This document shows positions 49,704 to 59,056 of a DNA stretch of 64,000 nucleotides, piece after piece. The number at the start of each line of letters is the position of its first letter. Positions within the stretch are counted from its first letter, which is position 1. A program made the translations under genes and the position numbers. Source of the DNA: an uncultured Desulfopila sp. (GTDB lineage Bacteria; Desulfobacterota; Desulfobulbia; Desulfobulbales; Desulfocapsaceae); contig CAYUPL010000003.1 in assembly GCA_964446655.1 (NCBI GenBank), positions 54,477-118,476 of the forward strand, given 5' to 3'. The notes under the pieces are model-generated. The model did no database searches. It saw only the letters and a list, made by a program, of their open reading frames with translations, and was not told the DNA's origin.

Positions 49704-49835
49704 ATGAATAAAGTTATTATAGGGTTACTGTTATCGATACTGGCATTAATTATACTGCACAACAACCTGCCGATTATCGGGTTACCTCTTTTCATTATCG
49801 GTTTTGTACTGATGATGTACAAAAAAAAGCAATAG
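49704..49835 (+). CDS. Possible 43-aa small membrane protein (below the ORF-track cutoff)
   Basis: ATG...TAG encodes MNKVIIGLLLSILALIILHNNLPIIGLPLFIIGFVLMMYKKKQ, i.e. two hydrophobic segments and a basic tail. No clear Shine-Dalgarno sequence. Confidence 0.3.
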   Translation: MNKVIIGLLLSILALIILHNNLPIIGLPLFIIGFVLMMYKKKQ

Positions 49836-49865
49836 CGCTACTCTACATATGCATTCAATCTCCGT

Positions 49866-52190
49866 CTACCTGGAGAACACACTTTCTCTAAAAAAACCGA
49901 CAATAGAATCACGACGGTGCAGCATTTTGAGTTGTTCCGGTATAAGGTCGGATTTATGAATCTTCATAAGGGCCATTTTATACTCGATATGTGAAGCAAG
50001 CCTGTTGTCGAGATACCATGCATAGGTCAGCCCCATAAGGACACCCGGAGGGGTAAACCCTTCATTACCGTTGATGAGACGTGTATAGTGATTTGTTGCT
50101 CGATCGGCAGGATGCATTCTGGCAAAATGGAGATAGATGTCAAGCTCATCCATCGAAAAGAACGACTTGATATCGTTGCTGTTCCGCAAGTGGAGATGGT
50201 AAATCTTACCTACCATGATACCATCGATGATGACATCTTCCATGTTCTTCTCGGCGGCGTAATCCCCCAGCAGAGACTGACCGATGGCAATGAGAAGAGC
50301 TGTTTCGAGTTTACGTGGATCATCAAGCTGATCGGCTCGTATTTTGATACACCAATCTGCCGGATCAAAAAAGGAATAGACTTTATCCCATATCTGTTCT
50401 CTTCTCCATTGTTCATTGCCGATACATGCCAGCCCTTTTATGTGTTCCAGATGATGTATTGATATATCACGATGCTTCCATATTATTTCAACAATCTTCT
50501 CCTTGAGATTGTCGAGTGGTTTGTTGTCCTGAGAGGCGGGAAAGCAGGAGATAGGCAGTTGTTCGAAAAAGGTATGTAACAGGCGATATTTCTGCGAAGG
50601 ATACAGCGTTTTTTTAGGCATGACCGGGCTAGCTGGAACGAGCTCGTCTTCCAGAGAAAATCCGGCAATATCCTCCTCCTTCGTCTTTTCCTCATCAAAC
50701 AGCTTTGAGGCTATATAAACGGATTTTACGGCCTGCGCCAGAATTTCCGGGTCATGTTGAATAACACCTCGTTCGGCCATTGCGCTTTTCGAGAAGATTC
50801 CACACTCCACCGGTAGATATCCCTGCCGGCAGACAATTTTTCTATCAAGATAGATGGGAATTTTCCCCTCCAGGGCATAATTTTGAATAATAGAAGCGGG
50901 CACATCTTTCAGCGAAAGGCATAAAACTTCATGGAACAAATTATGTGTTCCACCGGGAATATTCCTTTCATAGGCCCGAATCATATCAGAAACATGGAAT
51001 TTTCTGTCGGGATCGGATATGGCGATATCGGTTTCACCCGCCTGAACCCACAAATTTGAGATGAGCAGTTTATGGGCACGGTTATTCTCTCGTACCGCCT
51101 CGGCTATTCCCGGAACCTGAAAGATGGGAATAATGGAGCTATACAAGCTGCCGGGCGCCAGAATGATTATATCGGCCGCCGCAATATCTGTAAAAATCGT
51201 TTCGGGTACATGAACCTTATCAGAAAAATCCACAACCACTCTATCGACCGGGAACCCTCTTTCCGCTTCTCCGGACTTACTCTCTCCGGATGCTTCCACC
51301 CCATTGGTATAGCATAGGCGCAGTTGTGCCGGTGTAGTGGTACAAGGCAATACGGCTCTTTCAATTGCCCCAAGAGCTTCGCTGACCTCATTAATTCCCT
51401 CGGCAAAGGCGCGAGAAACGTACTCTCTCTCCTGCTCCAGTTCATGGTTGCCGATGGCCCGAGGGATATGTCTATAAATTGCAGAAGCAATAAGAAGATT
51501 CCCCAAACAGTGCGGACGGGTAAGAGTCCTTTGCAACCGTGTATCGGTAAAGAGAGCCTCCAGTAAGAGAGCGATAAACTCATTCAATTGAGCCGGTAAC
51601 CGCTTGCCCTCTTGTAGACAAAGTCCTGCGGCTCGTTCCATGGTTAATTGTTTTGCGGAAAACCTATAATTGAAAACAGTAGCCAGCCCCGCAGCCAGAT
51701 TTCTGGCTTCTCCCAGGGCCAGACCGTATTTTTTCTGGAGGAGATAAAGCTGCACCGAGGAGAGCAGAACATGCCGAATATCTCCTAAAGCAACTATGGG
51801 TAAATCTTTGATCAACTCTCCCGTTGAACCACCATCATCCGTCACACAGACAACTGATCTGGTTTCCGGAAATATCGCCTTCAACCCGGCAAAGGGATCT
51901 TTTGCCCATGAACCCAGTCGACTATCCCCTCCAATGATATTTGAAAGTCCTGTTCCTCCGCCAAAAACCACAACCCTGCTCTCATCAACACTGCTTTCCA
52001 GCAGAAACTGCCGTAGTTTTTGAAAGTGTGTTATGGTGGTATGATCCGCATTGCCTGGAATACCGTTTAAGACCAGATCAATACATTTTTCCCTGATATC
52101 TGTATGGGGCAGCAGATCCAGCGGGGAAAGGAAGCAGTTGGACAACTTTTGCAGATGGTTTCTGATGTCAATCTTACTTTCTCTATTCAT
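49866..52190 (-). CDS. Large CofD/YvcK (UPF0052)-like protein with ~290-aa uncharacterised C-terminal extension
   Basis: GGGTGLSN, VTDDGGSTGEL, LGDIRH and APGSLYSSIIP match the CofD/YvcK family. 774 aa versus roughly 320 aa typical. Starts 5 nt after kdsB. Confidence 0.7.
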   Translation of the reverse strand: MNRESKIDIRNHLQKLSNCFLSPLDLLPHTDIREKCIDLVLNGIPGNADHTTITHFQKLRQFLLESSVDESRVVVFGGGTGLSNIIGGDSRLGSWAKDPFAGLKAIFPETRSVVCVTDDGGSTGELIKDLPIVALGDIRHVLLSSVQLYLLQKKYGLALGEARNLAAGLATVFNYRFSAKQLTMERAAGLCLQEGKRLPAQLNEFIALLLEALFTDTRLQRTLTRPHCLGNLLIASAIYRHIPRAIGNHELEQEREYVSRAFAEGINEVSEALGAIERAVLPCTTTPAQLRLCYTNGVEASGESKSGEAERGFPVDRVVVDFSDKVHVPETIFTDIAAADIIILAPGSLYSSIIPIFQVPGIAEAVRENNRAHKLLISNLWVQAGETDIAISDPDRKFHVSDMIRAYERNIPGGTHNLFHEVLCLSLKDVPASIIQNYALEGKIPIYLDRKIVCRQGYLPVECGIFSKSAMAERGVIQHDPEILAQAVKSVYIASKLFDEEKTKEEDIAGFSLEDELVPASPVMPKKTLYPSQKYRLLHTFFEQLPISCFPASQDNKPLDNLKEKIVEIIWKHRDISIHHLEHIKGLACIGNEQWRREQIWDKVYSFFDPADWCIKIRADQLDDPRKLETALLIAIGQSLLGDYAAEKNMEDVIIDGIMVGKIYHLHLRNSNDIKSFFSMDELDIYLHFARMHPADRATNHYTRLINGNEGFTPPGVLMGLTYAWYLDNRLASHIEYKMALMKIHKSDLIPEQLKMLHRRDSIVGFFRESVFSR

Positions 52191-52195
52191 GCCTT

Positions 52196-52975
52196 TCAGG
52201 TAACCCTTCCTGTCATTTTTTCCTGCTTCTGGAGGAAGGCTTCGACTCGAAGCAAATCTTCCGGGGTATCAACCTCGATTGAATCATGTTCCGTCAATAT
52301 CACCTTGATCCTGTAGCCGTATTCAAGGGCTCGCAATTGTTCCAATTTTTCAAACCGTTCCCATTCTCCTTCCGGTAAAGCAACGAAGGAAAGAAGAAAT
52401 CCTTTTCTGTAGGCATAAAATCCAAGATGTTTGTAGTATGTAGGTGTCTGCCCATCTTCCGGGTTTCTCTGAAAAGGTATGGGAGACCTGGAGAAATACA
52501 GTGCATAATTATCTTTATTAAACACTGTTTTGACATGATTAGGGTCAAATATTTCTTCTTGGCGGATGATTTTGTATATTAAAGTCGACATCGGCAAGGC
52601 GGGATCTTCAAGCAACGGGCCGGCCACCTGATCAACCACTTCTTCCGGAAAAAGAGGCTGGTCTCCTTGAATATTGACAACCACATCATGCTCTGAGATT
52701 CCTATTTTTTCAGCAGCTTCGGCGAGTCTGTCCGTTCCTGAAACATGATCGTTGCGAGTCAGGACATATTCACCACCAAAAGACTCGACACATTCTCCAA
52801 TGCGAATGTCATCAGTTGCAACCACAACCTTTGATACTATCTTGACTCTTGTAGCCCGTTCCACTACGTGTTGAATCATCGGTTTACCGCAGATGTTGGC
52901 CAAAGGTTTTCCTGCAAAGCGATTCGATTGATATCTCGCCGGAATTATAGCTATCACTTCAATATTCGGTTCCAT
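52196..52975 (-). CDS. kdsB: 3-deoxy-manno-octulosonate cytidylyltransferase (CMP-Kdo synthetase)
   Basis: AIIPARYQS.RF.GKPL, GTDR, NIQGDQPL. Confidence 0.94.
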   Translation of the reverse strand: MEPNIEVIAIIPARYQSNRFAGKPLANICGKPMIQHVVERATRVKIVSKVVVATDDIRIGECVESFGGEYVLTRNDHVSGTDRLAEAAEKIGISEHDVVVNIQGDQPLFPEEVVDQVAGPLLEDPALPMSTLIYKIIRQEEIFDPNHVKTVFNKDNYALYFSRSPIPFQRNPEDGQTPTYYKHLGFYAYRKGFLLSFVALPEGEWERFEKLEQLRALEYGYRIKVILTEHDSIEVDTPEDLLRVEAFLQKQEKMTGRVT

Positions 52976-53053
52976 TTTGACAATACCTTTGATATATTAT
53001 GTTGTTTTTATACATTTTTTTTCACATCCCTTACATCCTTGAGATATATTGCA

Positions 53054-53857
53054 ATGTTCCGATCCCCTGATACCTGCATTGTCCTGCCGGCCTCTTCTTC
53101 CCAACAGAGGCCGAAAGCAGAAACCCTGGCCAACAAACTAGGGTTGCCACTCGAGGAAAAACCGCAGGATCGTTACAGGTATTTCCTCGTATATACAGAT
53201 ATTCGATTGGAGCTTCAACATAATCCTCAGCTGACGACCACAAAAGAGAACCCGATTTTCGTTGACTTTTGCAGGGGCAGTGTCGCAGCTAAACGGATTT
53301 CTTCAACATCCATCAGAAGTCCGCTTGCAAAAGCGGCCGGTCTTAAGCCGGGAGTACGCCCAACGATCGCCGATGCTACAGCTGGTTTGGGAACAGATGG
53401 TGTTACCTTGGCAATACTGGGCTGCAAGGTTATCATGATGGAAAGAGACCCTGTCGTTTTTGCTCTGCTGCAGGATGGTCTCAATAGAGCCATCCAGGAG
53501 GAAAAATTCGGCCATCTTCTGCGGGACAATATCCAACTCCGGTGGGACAATTCCATTGCTCTTCTCCCGCAGTTATCTCCTCCACCACACACCATTTTAG
53601 TAGATCCCATGTATCCTTTCATAAAGAAGGGACCTCGCAACAAAAAAGAGATGAGGAATCTCAGAAGTATCGTCGGGGACGATTATGATAATGAGGAACT
53701 GTTTTCGACAGCTCTTCAAGTTGCCGACAAAAGGGTGGTGGTCAAACGGCCCAAGGGTGGCCAAGTTATTTCAAGTTTTCCTGAACCATCACATCATGTT
53801 TTTATGAAAAGTGGCCGTTTTGACGTCTATATTTTTCCTTCACGATTCAGTTTGTAG
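53054..53857 (+). CDS. rsmJ: 16S rRNA (guanine1516-N2)-methyltransferase RsmJ (YhiQ)
   Basis: DATAGLGTDG, MMERDPVV, LVDPMYP, KKEMR and RVVVKRP closely parallel E. coli RsmJ. Start at 53054, because the longer track ORF overlaps kdsB. Confidence 0.88.
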   Translation: MFRSPDTCIVLPASSSQQRPKAETLANKLGLPLEEKPQDRYRYFLVYTDIRLELQHNPQLTTTKENPIFVDFCRGSVAAKRISSTSIRSPLAKAAGLKPGVRPTIADATAGLGTDGVTLAILGCKVIMMERDPVVFALLQDGLNRAIQEEKFGHLLRDNIQLRWDNSIALLPQLSPPPHTILVDPMYPFIKKGPRNKKEMRNLRSIVGDDYDNEELFSTALQVADKRVVVKRPKGGQVISSFPEPSHHVFMKSGRFDVYIFPSRFSL

Positions 53858-53934
53858 CAGCCTTTCTCGGCATTTACCGGCAATTTGCCACCCGGAAGAG
53901 AGGTTGCGTGATGATCCGATCACAAGGTTGCGAA

Positions 53935-54399
53935 TCACTTATGATACTTTTCTCCGGCTTTTATGGTATATGCTCTATAAAGCTGTTCCAGAAGAAGGAG
54001 CCTGGCCATATCGTGGGTAAACGTCATCTTCGAAAGAGACATTTTCATCTTTGCCTGCCGCAACACCCTATCTGCTAATCCCAAGGGCCCTCCAATGATA
54101 AAGGATACATGCCGGACACCGGTATCTTCCCAGTGAGTAACAACAGAACTAAACTGCCCTGATGTATACTGGACCCCTTTTGTATCCAGGGCCACCAGGA
54201 AAGTAGCTGGGAATAGATTACTCAGCAGCAGCTCAGCCTCTTTCTCCCTTATAAGGGCATCCCCTCCCTGAATCCTCTGTACCTTAATGATTTTCAGCGT
54301 GACATCAGCGTAATGCTTCAGCCTTCCGGCATACTCATCTATACCTTCAATCAGGAAAGATTTTTTCGTCTTTCCCAGAAGGAGAATCTCATATTTCAT
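53935..54399 (-). CDS. rlmH: 23S rRNA (pseudouridine1915-N3)-methyltransferase RlmH
   Basis: SPOUT-fold RlmH: 154 aa, FIIGGPLG, HDMARLLLLEQLYRA. Confidence 0.93.
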   Translation of the reverse strand: MKYEILLLGKTKKSFLIEGIDEYAGRLKHYADVTLKIIKVQRIQGGDALIREKEAELLLSNLFPATFLVALDTKGVQYTSGQFSSVVTHWEDTGVRHVSFIIGGPLGLADRVLRQAKMKMSLSKMTFTHDMARLLLLEQLYRAYTIKAGEKYHK

Positions 54400-54794
54400 T
54401 TATTGCAGGAGACGTCAGCATCATCAAAATGTAAATTTTTTATGACGCGGCATATTTCTTCATGTGTAACATCATGCCTGATGCCTGGACATGAATCCTT
54501 TATTATTATAAGATTATCTTTAGTCACCAGGATTGCTTTCGTCAGAGGCCACTCCCGGCACCGCCAGGGTCTTGCACTATGCAGTGTACAGCCATCTTTG
54601 TAGAACACACACGCTCCTGCGACGGTTTTCATCTGTACAATACCATCGGTGCAGCGCCAGTAGTTCTGCAACGCTTGCTCATGAGAGAGCTGCAAATGCG
54701 CCAGCATCCTTTCCTGGTCTTCCCGGTTAAGCGAAACCGTTGTTTCTCCATGACAACAAAAGCCACAGCGTTTACATGCAAAAACCGTTTTCAT
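54396..54794 (-). CDS. YkgJ family (UPF0153) cysteine-cluster protein
   Basis: CKRCGFCCH...C...C...C pattern. 4-nt overlap with rlmH. Confidence 0.75.
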   Translation of the reverse strand: MKTVFACKRCGFCCHGETTVSLNREDQERMLAHLQLSHEQALQNYWRCTDGIVQMKTVAGACVFYKDGCTLHSARPWRCREWPLTKAILVTKDNLIIIKDSCPGIRHDVTHEEICRVIKNLHFDDADVSCNK

Positions 54795-55022
54795 AGGTAC
54801 AATGATCCTTGATTATGGTTGGGTATATTCTTGGAATTGTCTTTGCAAAAACCAAAGACTGTACCATTAAATGGGCAAATCAACAAATTGATTTACCGCA
54901 AGAGATCGGCCATAATAGATATGGAATTTTCAGGATCGAAGCCGACAAGAAGGGTAATTCTAAGATATTTAACTGGAATTAAGAGGATAATGCGGCTGAA
55001 ACAGGAAAAACATTGACGATTC

Positions 55023-55598
55023 CTATGCCCTGCCTACCACATCGCCGAACACGGAAATGTCGATACCGTACTGCATGGCAGCAGAACGCCACTTCTCCTC
55101 GTCTGGCGTATCAAAAATAATCATCTCACTGCCCGGTACAGTAAGCCAGCCATCGGCCTGCAGTTCACGTTCGAGCTGACCCGGTCCCCAGCCTGCATAC
55201 CCCAGCAAAAACAAATATTTTTCCGGCCCCCTGTCATGGGCGATATCCTCAAGCACCTTGGTTTCTCGGGATAAAAACACAGTCGGGCTGACTTCGAGTT
55301 GATGTTCTGTTCTATAATCCGACGAAAAAAGAATAAAGGCAGACTCCAGTTCAACCGGCCCCCCTATATATACCGGAGGAAGCGTACTTTGCGGAACAGG
55401 GAGATTAGTGCTCTTCAATATCTCCGCCAAGGTGAACATACTGTTTGGTTTATTGACAGCTACCCCCATTGCACCGTCCTCGCTATGCGCACAGATATAG
55501 ATTACCTGTTCCTCAAATCGTGGATCGGGCATGTTCTGGGTAGAAATCAGAAACGACCCTGTCAACCAGTCAACCACTGGGGATGCCTTGTCTTTCAT
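55023..55598 (-). CDS. yqgE: YqgE/AlgH family protein (UPF0301)
   Basis: FEEQVIYICAHSEDGAMGVAVNKP and GYAGWGPGQLERE match the family. Confidence 0.88.
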   Translation of the reverse strand: MKDKASPVVDWLTGSFLISTQNMPDPRFEEQVIYICAHSEDGAMGVAVNKPNSMFTLAEILKSTNLPVPQSTLPPVYIGGPVELESAFILFSSDYRTEHQLEVSPTVFLSRETKVLEDIAHDRGPEKYLFLLGYAGWGPGQLERELQADGWLTVPGSEMIIFDTPDEEKWRSAAMQYGIDISVFGDVVGRA

Positions 55599-55884
55599 AC
55601 CTTACCTCGAAAAATTTTGATTGAAGAGAAGAGGGCTCAGCACTTTCCGGCACCATCTCCTGCTTACTAATTCTATCAAAAACACAAAAAGCAAGTCAAG
55701 CATACGCTTTGCAGCATTCATACATATTCACGACACGAGGTTATCTACAATGGTTTTTTTGCATTTTTCTGTATAATGCATAACTATATGGTAACATAAT
55801 ATGTAGTATTTCTATACAAGACAGATCATCTGGAAACAGTGTCGCCGGCACAGCGGCTAACCATCATCATTGTCCCATAAACCC

Positions 55885-58089
55885 ATGAATGAACTATTAG
55901 AAAAAATACTTCATGCCGATTATCATGATCCCTTTGAGGCCCTAGGCGTTCATTTTTCTGAGGCAGACAGCAAACTGGCTGCGGTACGAACCTTTCAACC
56001 TCATGCCCAAAAAGTGGATCTTCTTTTCGACGGGCGGGAAATTGAGATGAAACGCTGTCACCCCAATGGACTCTTCGTGGTTGAAGTGCATAAAAAGGCC
56101 CTTTCCGACCCAGACTTCCAACCGTTCAATTACCAGTATCGAATAACTTATCATGATGGTACCATTGCGTTGCAAAATGATCCATACCGTTTTCTGCCGC
56201 AACTCGATCAGGACGATTCATACCTTTTTAATTTCGGTACGAATTACCGGCTCTATGATCACCTGGGAGCTCATCTCAAGGTTATCGCCAGTGTCAGCGG
56301 TACGGTATTCAGGGTATGGGCGCCTGCAGCCAAACGGGTTTCCGTCGTTGGCCACTTCAACGGCTGGGATGGAAGAGTACATGCCATGCGCTCCCTGGGA
56401 AAAAGTGGAATCTGGGAACTCTTCATTCCCGGAGTTGGTGAAAACGAGCTCTATAAGTATGAAATTAAAACACAAAATAACGATATCCTTCTGAAGTCCG
56501 ACCCTTTCCAGTTCTACGGTGAGCTGCGGCCTGCCACAGCATCAATAATCAGGGATTTGAACAGATATCATTGGAATGATCACAACTGGCAGAACAAGGG
56601 CGCCACGAGTTCTCCATATAATAACCCGATGTCAATATATGAGGTCCACCCGGGATCATGGCAACGTGATCCGGCAAATCCTGACCGCTTTCTCACATTT
56701 CGTGAGCTGGCCGCCACTCTCCTTCCCCATGTGAAGAAGCTGGGATTTACCCATATTGAACTGCTACCCGTCATGGAACACCCCCTCGACGAATCCTGGG
56801 GCTACCAGGTCACCGGACCTTTCAGCATGACCAGCCGGTACGGCATCCCGGAAGATTTTATGTATTTTGTTGACCAATGTCATCAAAATGACATCGGTGT
56901 GATACTCGACTGGGTACCGGCACACTTTCCCCGCGACAACCATAGCCTTGCTCATTTTGACGGCACAGCCCTGTTCGAGCACGAAGATCCTCGCAAAGGC
57001 GCTCACCCGGAGTGGGGAACTTTTATTTTCAATTACGGCAGAAAAGAAGTCAGTAATTACCTCATCTCCAATGCTCTCTTCTGGTTAGATAAATATCATA
57101 TTGATGGTCTGCGTGTCGATGCGGTATCCTCAATGCTCTATCTCGACTACGCCAGAAAGGATGATGAATGGATCGCAAATGAATATGGCGGCAGAGAGAA
57201 CCTCGATGCCATAGAATTCATCAAGCATCTCAATTCAATAATCTATGATAAATATCCGAATACCTTGATGATAGCTGAAGAGTCAACGAGCTATTACGGG
57301 GTCTCTAAACCGGCTGACCTGGGCGGGCTGGGTTTCGGTTTCAAATGGAATATGGGATGGATGAACGATACTCTGGCCTATTTTTCCCAAGATCCTATTT
57401 ATCGGAAATTTCATCACAATCATCTGACGTTTTCCATTATGTATGCCTTTTCCGAGAACTTCATTCTGCCCATGTCTCATGATGAAGTCGTTCATGGCAA
57501 GAAATCTCTCATCGACAAAATGCCTGGCGACCTCTGGCAAAAATTTGCCAACCTTCGTCTTCTCTATATACTGCAATGGTGCCACCCCGGCAAAAAGCTT
57601 CTCTTCATGGGGGGAGAGTTCGGTCAGTTTTCGGAATGGTATTGCAAGCGAAGCCTGGACTGGCATGTGCTGGAAGAGACTGATCTGCACAGTAAGTTGA
57701 TGAACTATCTTGCCGAACTTAACCACATGTATAAAGACACTCCCGCTCTATGGCAAAGAGATTTTGATAACCAGGGTTTTCAGTGGCTCGATTTTGGCGA
57801 CAGCAGAAATTCCATTATTTCCTTTGCAAGATTCGGCACACATCATGATGATCATGTCGTCTGCCTGCTCAATTTCACCCCACAGACTCTCTACGACTAT
57901 AAACTTATGCTGCCCACCAAAAGCGATTATACAAAAGTTTTCTGCTCGGATGACGACAGGTACGGCGGAAGCAATAGTGGCGCTACAGAAAGGTATCCCC
58001 TTTTCTCCGATACGTTTTCTCAGGACAGCTTTCATACCAGAGTGACGGTCCCTCCACTGGCGGGACTAATTCTAAGGCCGGAAGGTTAG
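55885..58089 (+). CDS. glgB: 1,4-alpha-glucan branching enzyme
   Basis: GH13 motifs (DWVPAHF, GLRVDAV, MIAEES, SHDEV) plus an N-terminal CBM48 region. The ATG at 55885 is preferred over the TTG at 55870. Confidence 0.94.
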   Translation: MNELLEKILHADYHDPFEALGVHFSEADSKLAAVRTFQPHAQKVDLLFDGREIEMKRCHPNGLFVVEVHKKALSDPDFQPFNYQYRITYHDGTIALQNDPYRFLPQLDQDDSYLFNFGTNYRLYDHLGAHLKVIASVSGTVFRVWAPAAKRVSVVGHFNGWDGRVHAMRSLGKSGIWELFIPGVGENELYKYEIKTQNNDILLKSDPFQFYGELRPATASIIRDLNRYHWNDHNWQNKGATSSPYNNPMSIYEVHPGSWQRDPANPDRFLTFRELAATLLPHVKKLGFTHIELLPVMEHPLDESWGYQVTGPFSMTSRYGIPEDFMYFVDQCHQNDIGVILDWVPAHFPRDNHSLAHFDGTALFEHEDPRKGAHPEWGTFIFNYGRKEVSNYLISNALFWLDKYHIDGLRVDAVSSMLYLDYARKDDEWIANEYGGRENLDAIEFIKHLNSIIYDKYPNTLMIAEESTSYYGVSKPADLGGLGFGFKWNMGWMNDTLAYFSQDPIYRKFHHNHLTFSIMYAFSENFILPMSHDEVVHGKKSLIDKMPGDLWQKFANLRLLYILQWCHPGKKLLFMGGEFGQFSEWYCKRSLDWHVLEETDLHSKLMNYLAELNHMYKDTPALWQRDFDNQGFQWLDFGDSRNSIISFARFGTHHDDHVVCLLNFTPQTLYDYKLMLPTKSDYTKVFCSDDDRYGGSNSGATERYPLFSDTFSQDSFHTRVTVPPLAGLILRPEG

Positions 58090-58177
58090 TTAACCCGGCA
58101 ATTGTACTAAGAGACCGAATAGTTCGAATAAAGAGTGATATTACAGGAACCCCTAGTATTTATTGAAGGAGCAAAAT

Positions 58178-58366
58178 ATGAGTACCACACAGGTTACAGG
58201 AGACAAGTTAAAAAAAGCGTTGACACTACTCACGGAATTATCTGAGCAACATCCGGAGAAATCGAGGCAAGAGCTGCTCCGCCAAATCGAAACGAAGCTC
58301 GATCTCTCTCCTCTGGAGTGTGAATTTCTCAATAAGAATTTCTGCAACTCACCTCAAAAAGAATAG
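58178..58366 (+). CDS. Small hypothetical protein (62 aa)
   Basis: GGAG lies 6 nt upstream of the ATG. Predicted helical protein, 39 nt upstream of the DUF4126 gene. Confidence 0.45.
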   Translation: MSTTQVTGDKLKKALTLLTELSEQHPEKSRQELLRQIETKLDLSPLECEFLNKNFCNSPQKE

Positions 58367-58405
58367 CTTCAGCGGAACGATATTTTCAGCCCAGCCGAGG
58401 ACATT

Positions 58406-59056
58406 ATGGACGCGTATCAACAAGTCATTGCAACAATCTCTCTCACAATGGGAGTTGCCTGGGCAAGTGGTATTAACCTCTATGCCACCATCGGAATGCT
58501 TGGTATTATGGGAGCAACCGGAAATATTATTCTGCCGGAACAACTCCTCGTCCTGCAGGATCCCCTTGTTATTGGTGCAGCCCTTCTGATGTACGTAGTC
58601 GAGTTCTTTGCCGACAAGACTCCGGGAGTAGATACGGGCTGGGACACACTGCATTCCTTCATCCGTATTCCGGCAGGTGTAATGTTGGCAGCCGGCGCAA
58701 TAGGCGACGTCACCCCGGCACTGGTTGTCGCAGCGGGTGTTCTTGGCGGGACTGTATCCGCCACCAGTCATATGGTTAAAGCAGGGAGCCGAGTTCTTAT
58801 AAATACCAGCCCTGAGCCTTTCAGTAACTGGACCGCCTCGGTAACCGAAGATGTTGCCGTGATTGCAGGACTCTTTGCCGCCCTTCATTACCCTTTGCTT
58901 TTTCTCGTTCTCTTGCTTCTCTTTCTGGTACTTTCGGCCTGGCTGATCCCAAAACTGTGGAAGGGGATTAAAATTGTATTTTCTAAAATCGCAGCATTCT
59001 TTTCTCAAAGAAAACCACCCAAACAGGATGATCCTCCTCACCTTCCCTCAAAATAG
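58406..59056 (+). CDS. DUF4126 family membrane protein
   Basis: GINLYATIGMLGIMG...VEFFADKTPGVDTGWD pattern and multiple TM helices. Confidence 0.7.
   Translation: MDAYQQVIATISLTMGVAWASGINLYATIGMLGIMGATGNIILPEQLLVLQDPLVIGAALLMYVVEFFADKTPGVDTGWDTLHSFIRIPAGVMLAAGAIGDVTPALVVAAGVLGGTVSATSHMVKAGSRVLINTSPEPFSNWTASVTEDVAVIAGLFAALHYPLLFLVLLLLFLVLSAWLIPKLWKGIKIVFSKIAAFFSQRKPPKQDDPPHLPSK

Noticed and set aside
54819-55016. 65-aa plus-strand ORF in the ykgJ-yqgE spacer
   Set aside because: It has a TTG start, no ribosome-binding site, and a basic low-complexity translation with no recognisable features. It is probably non-coding promoter/terminator spacer.
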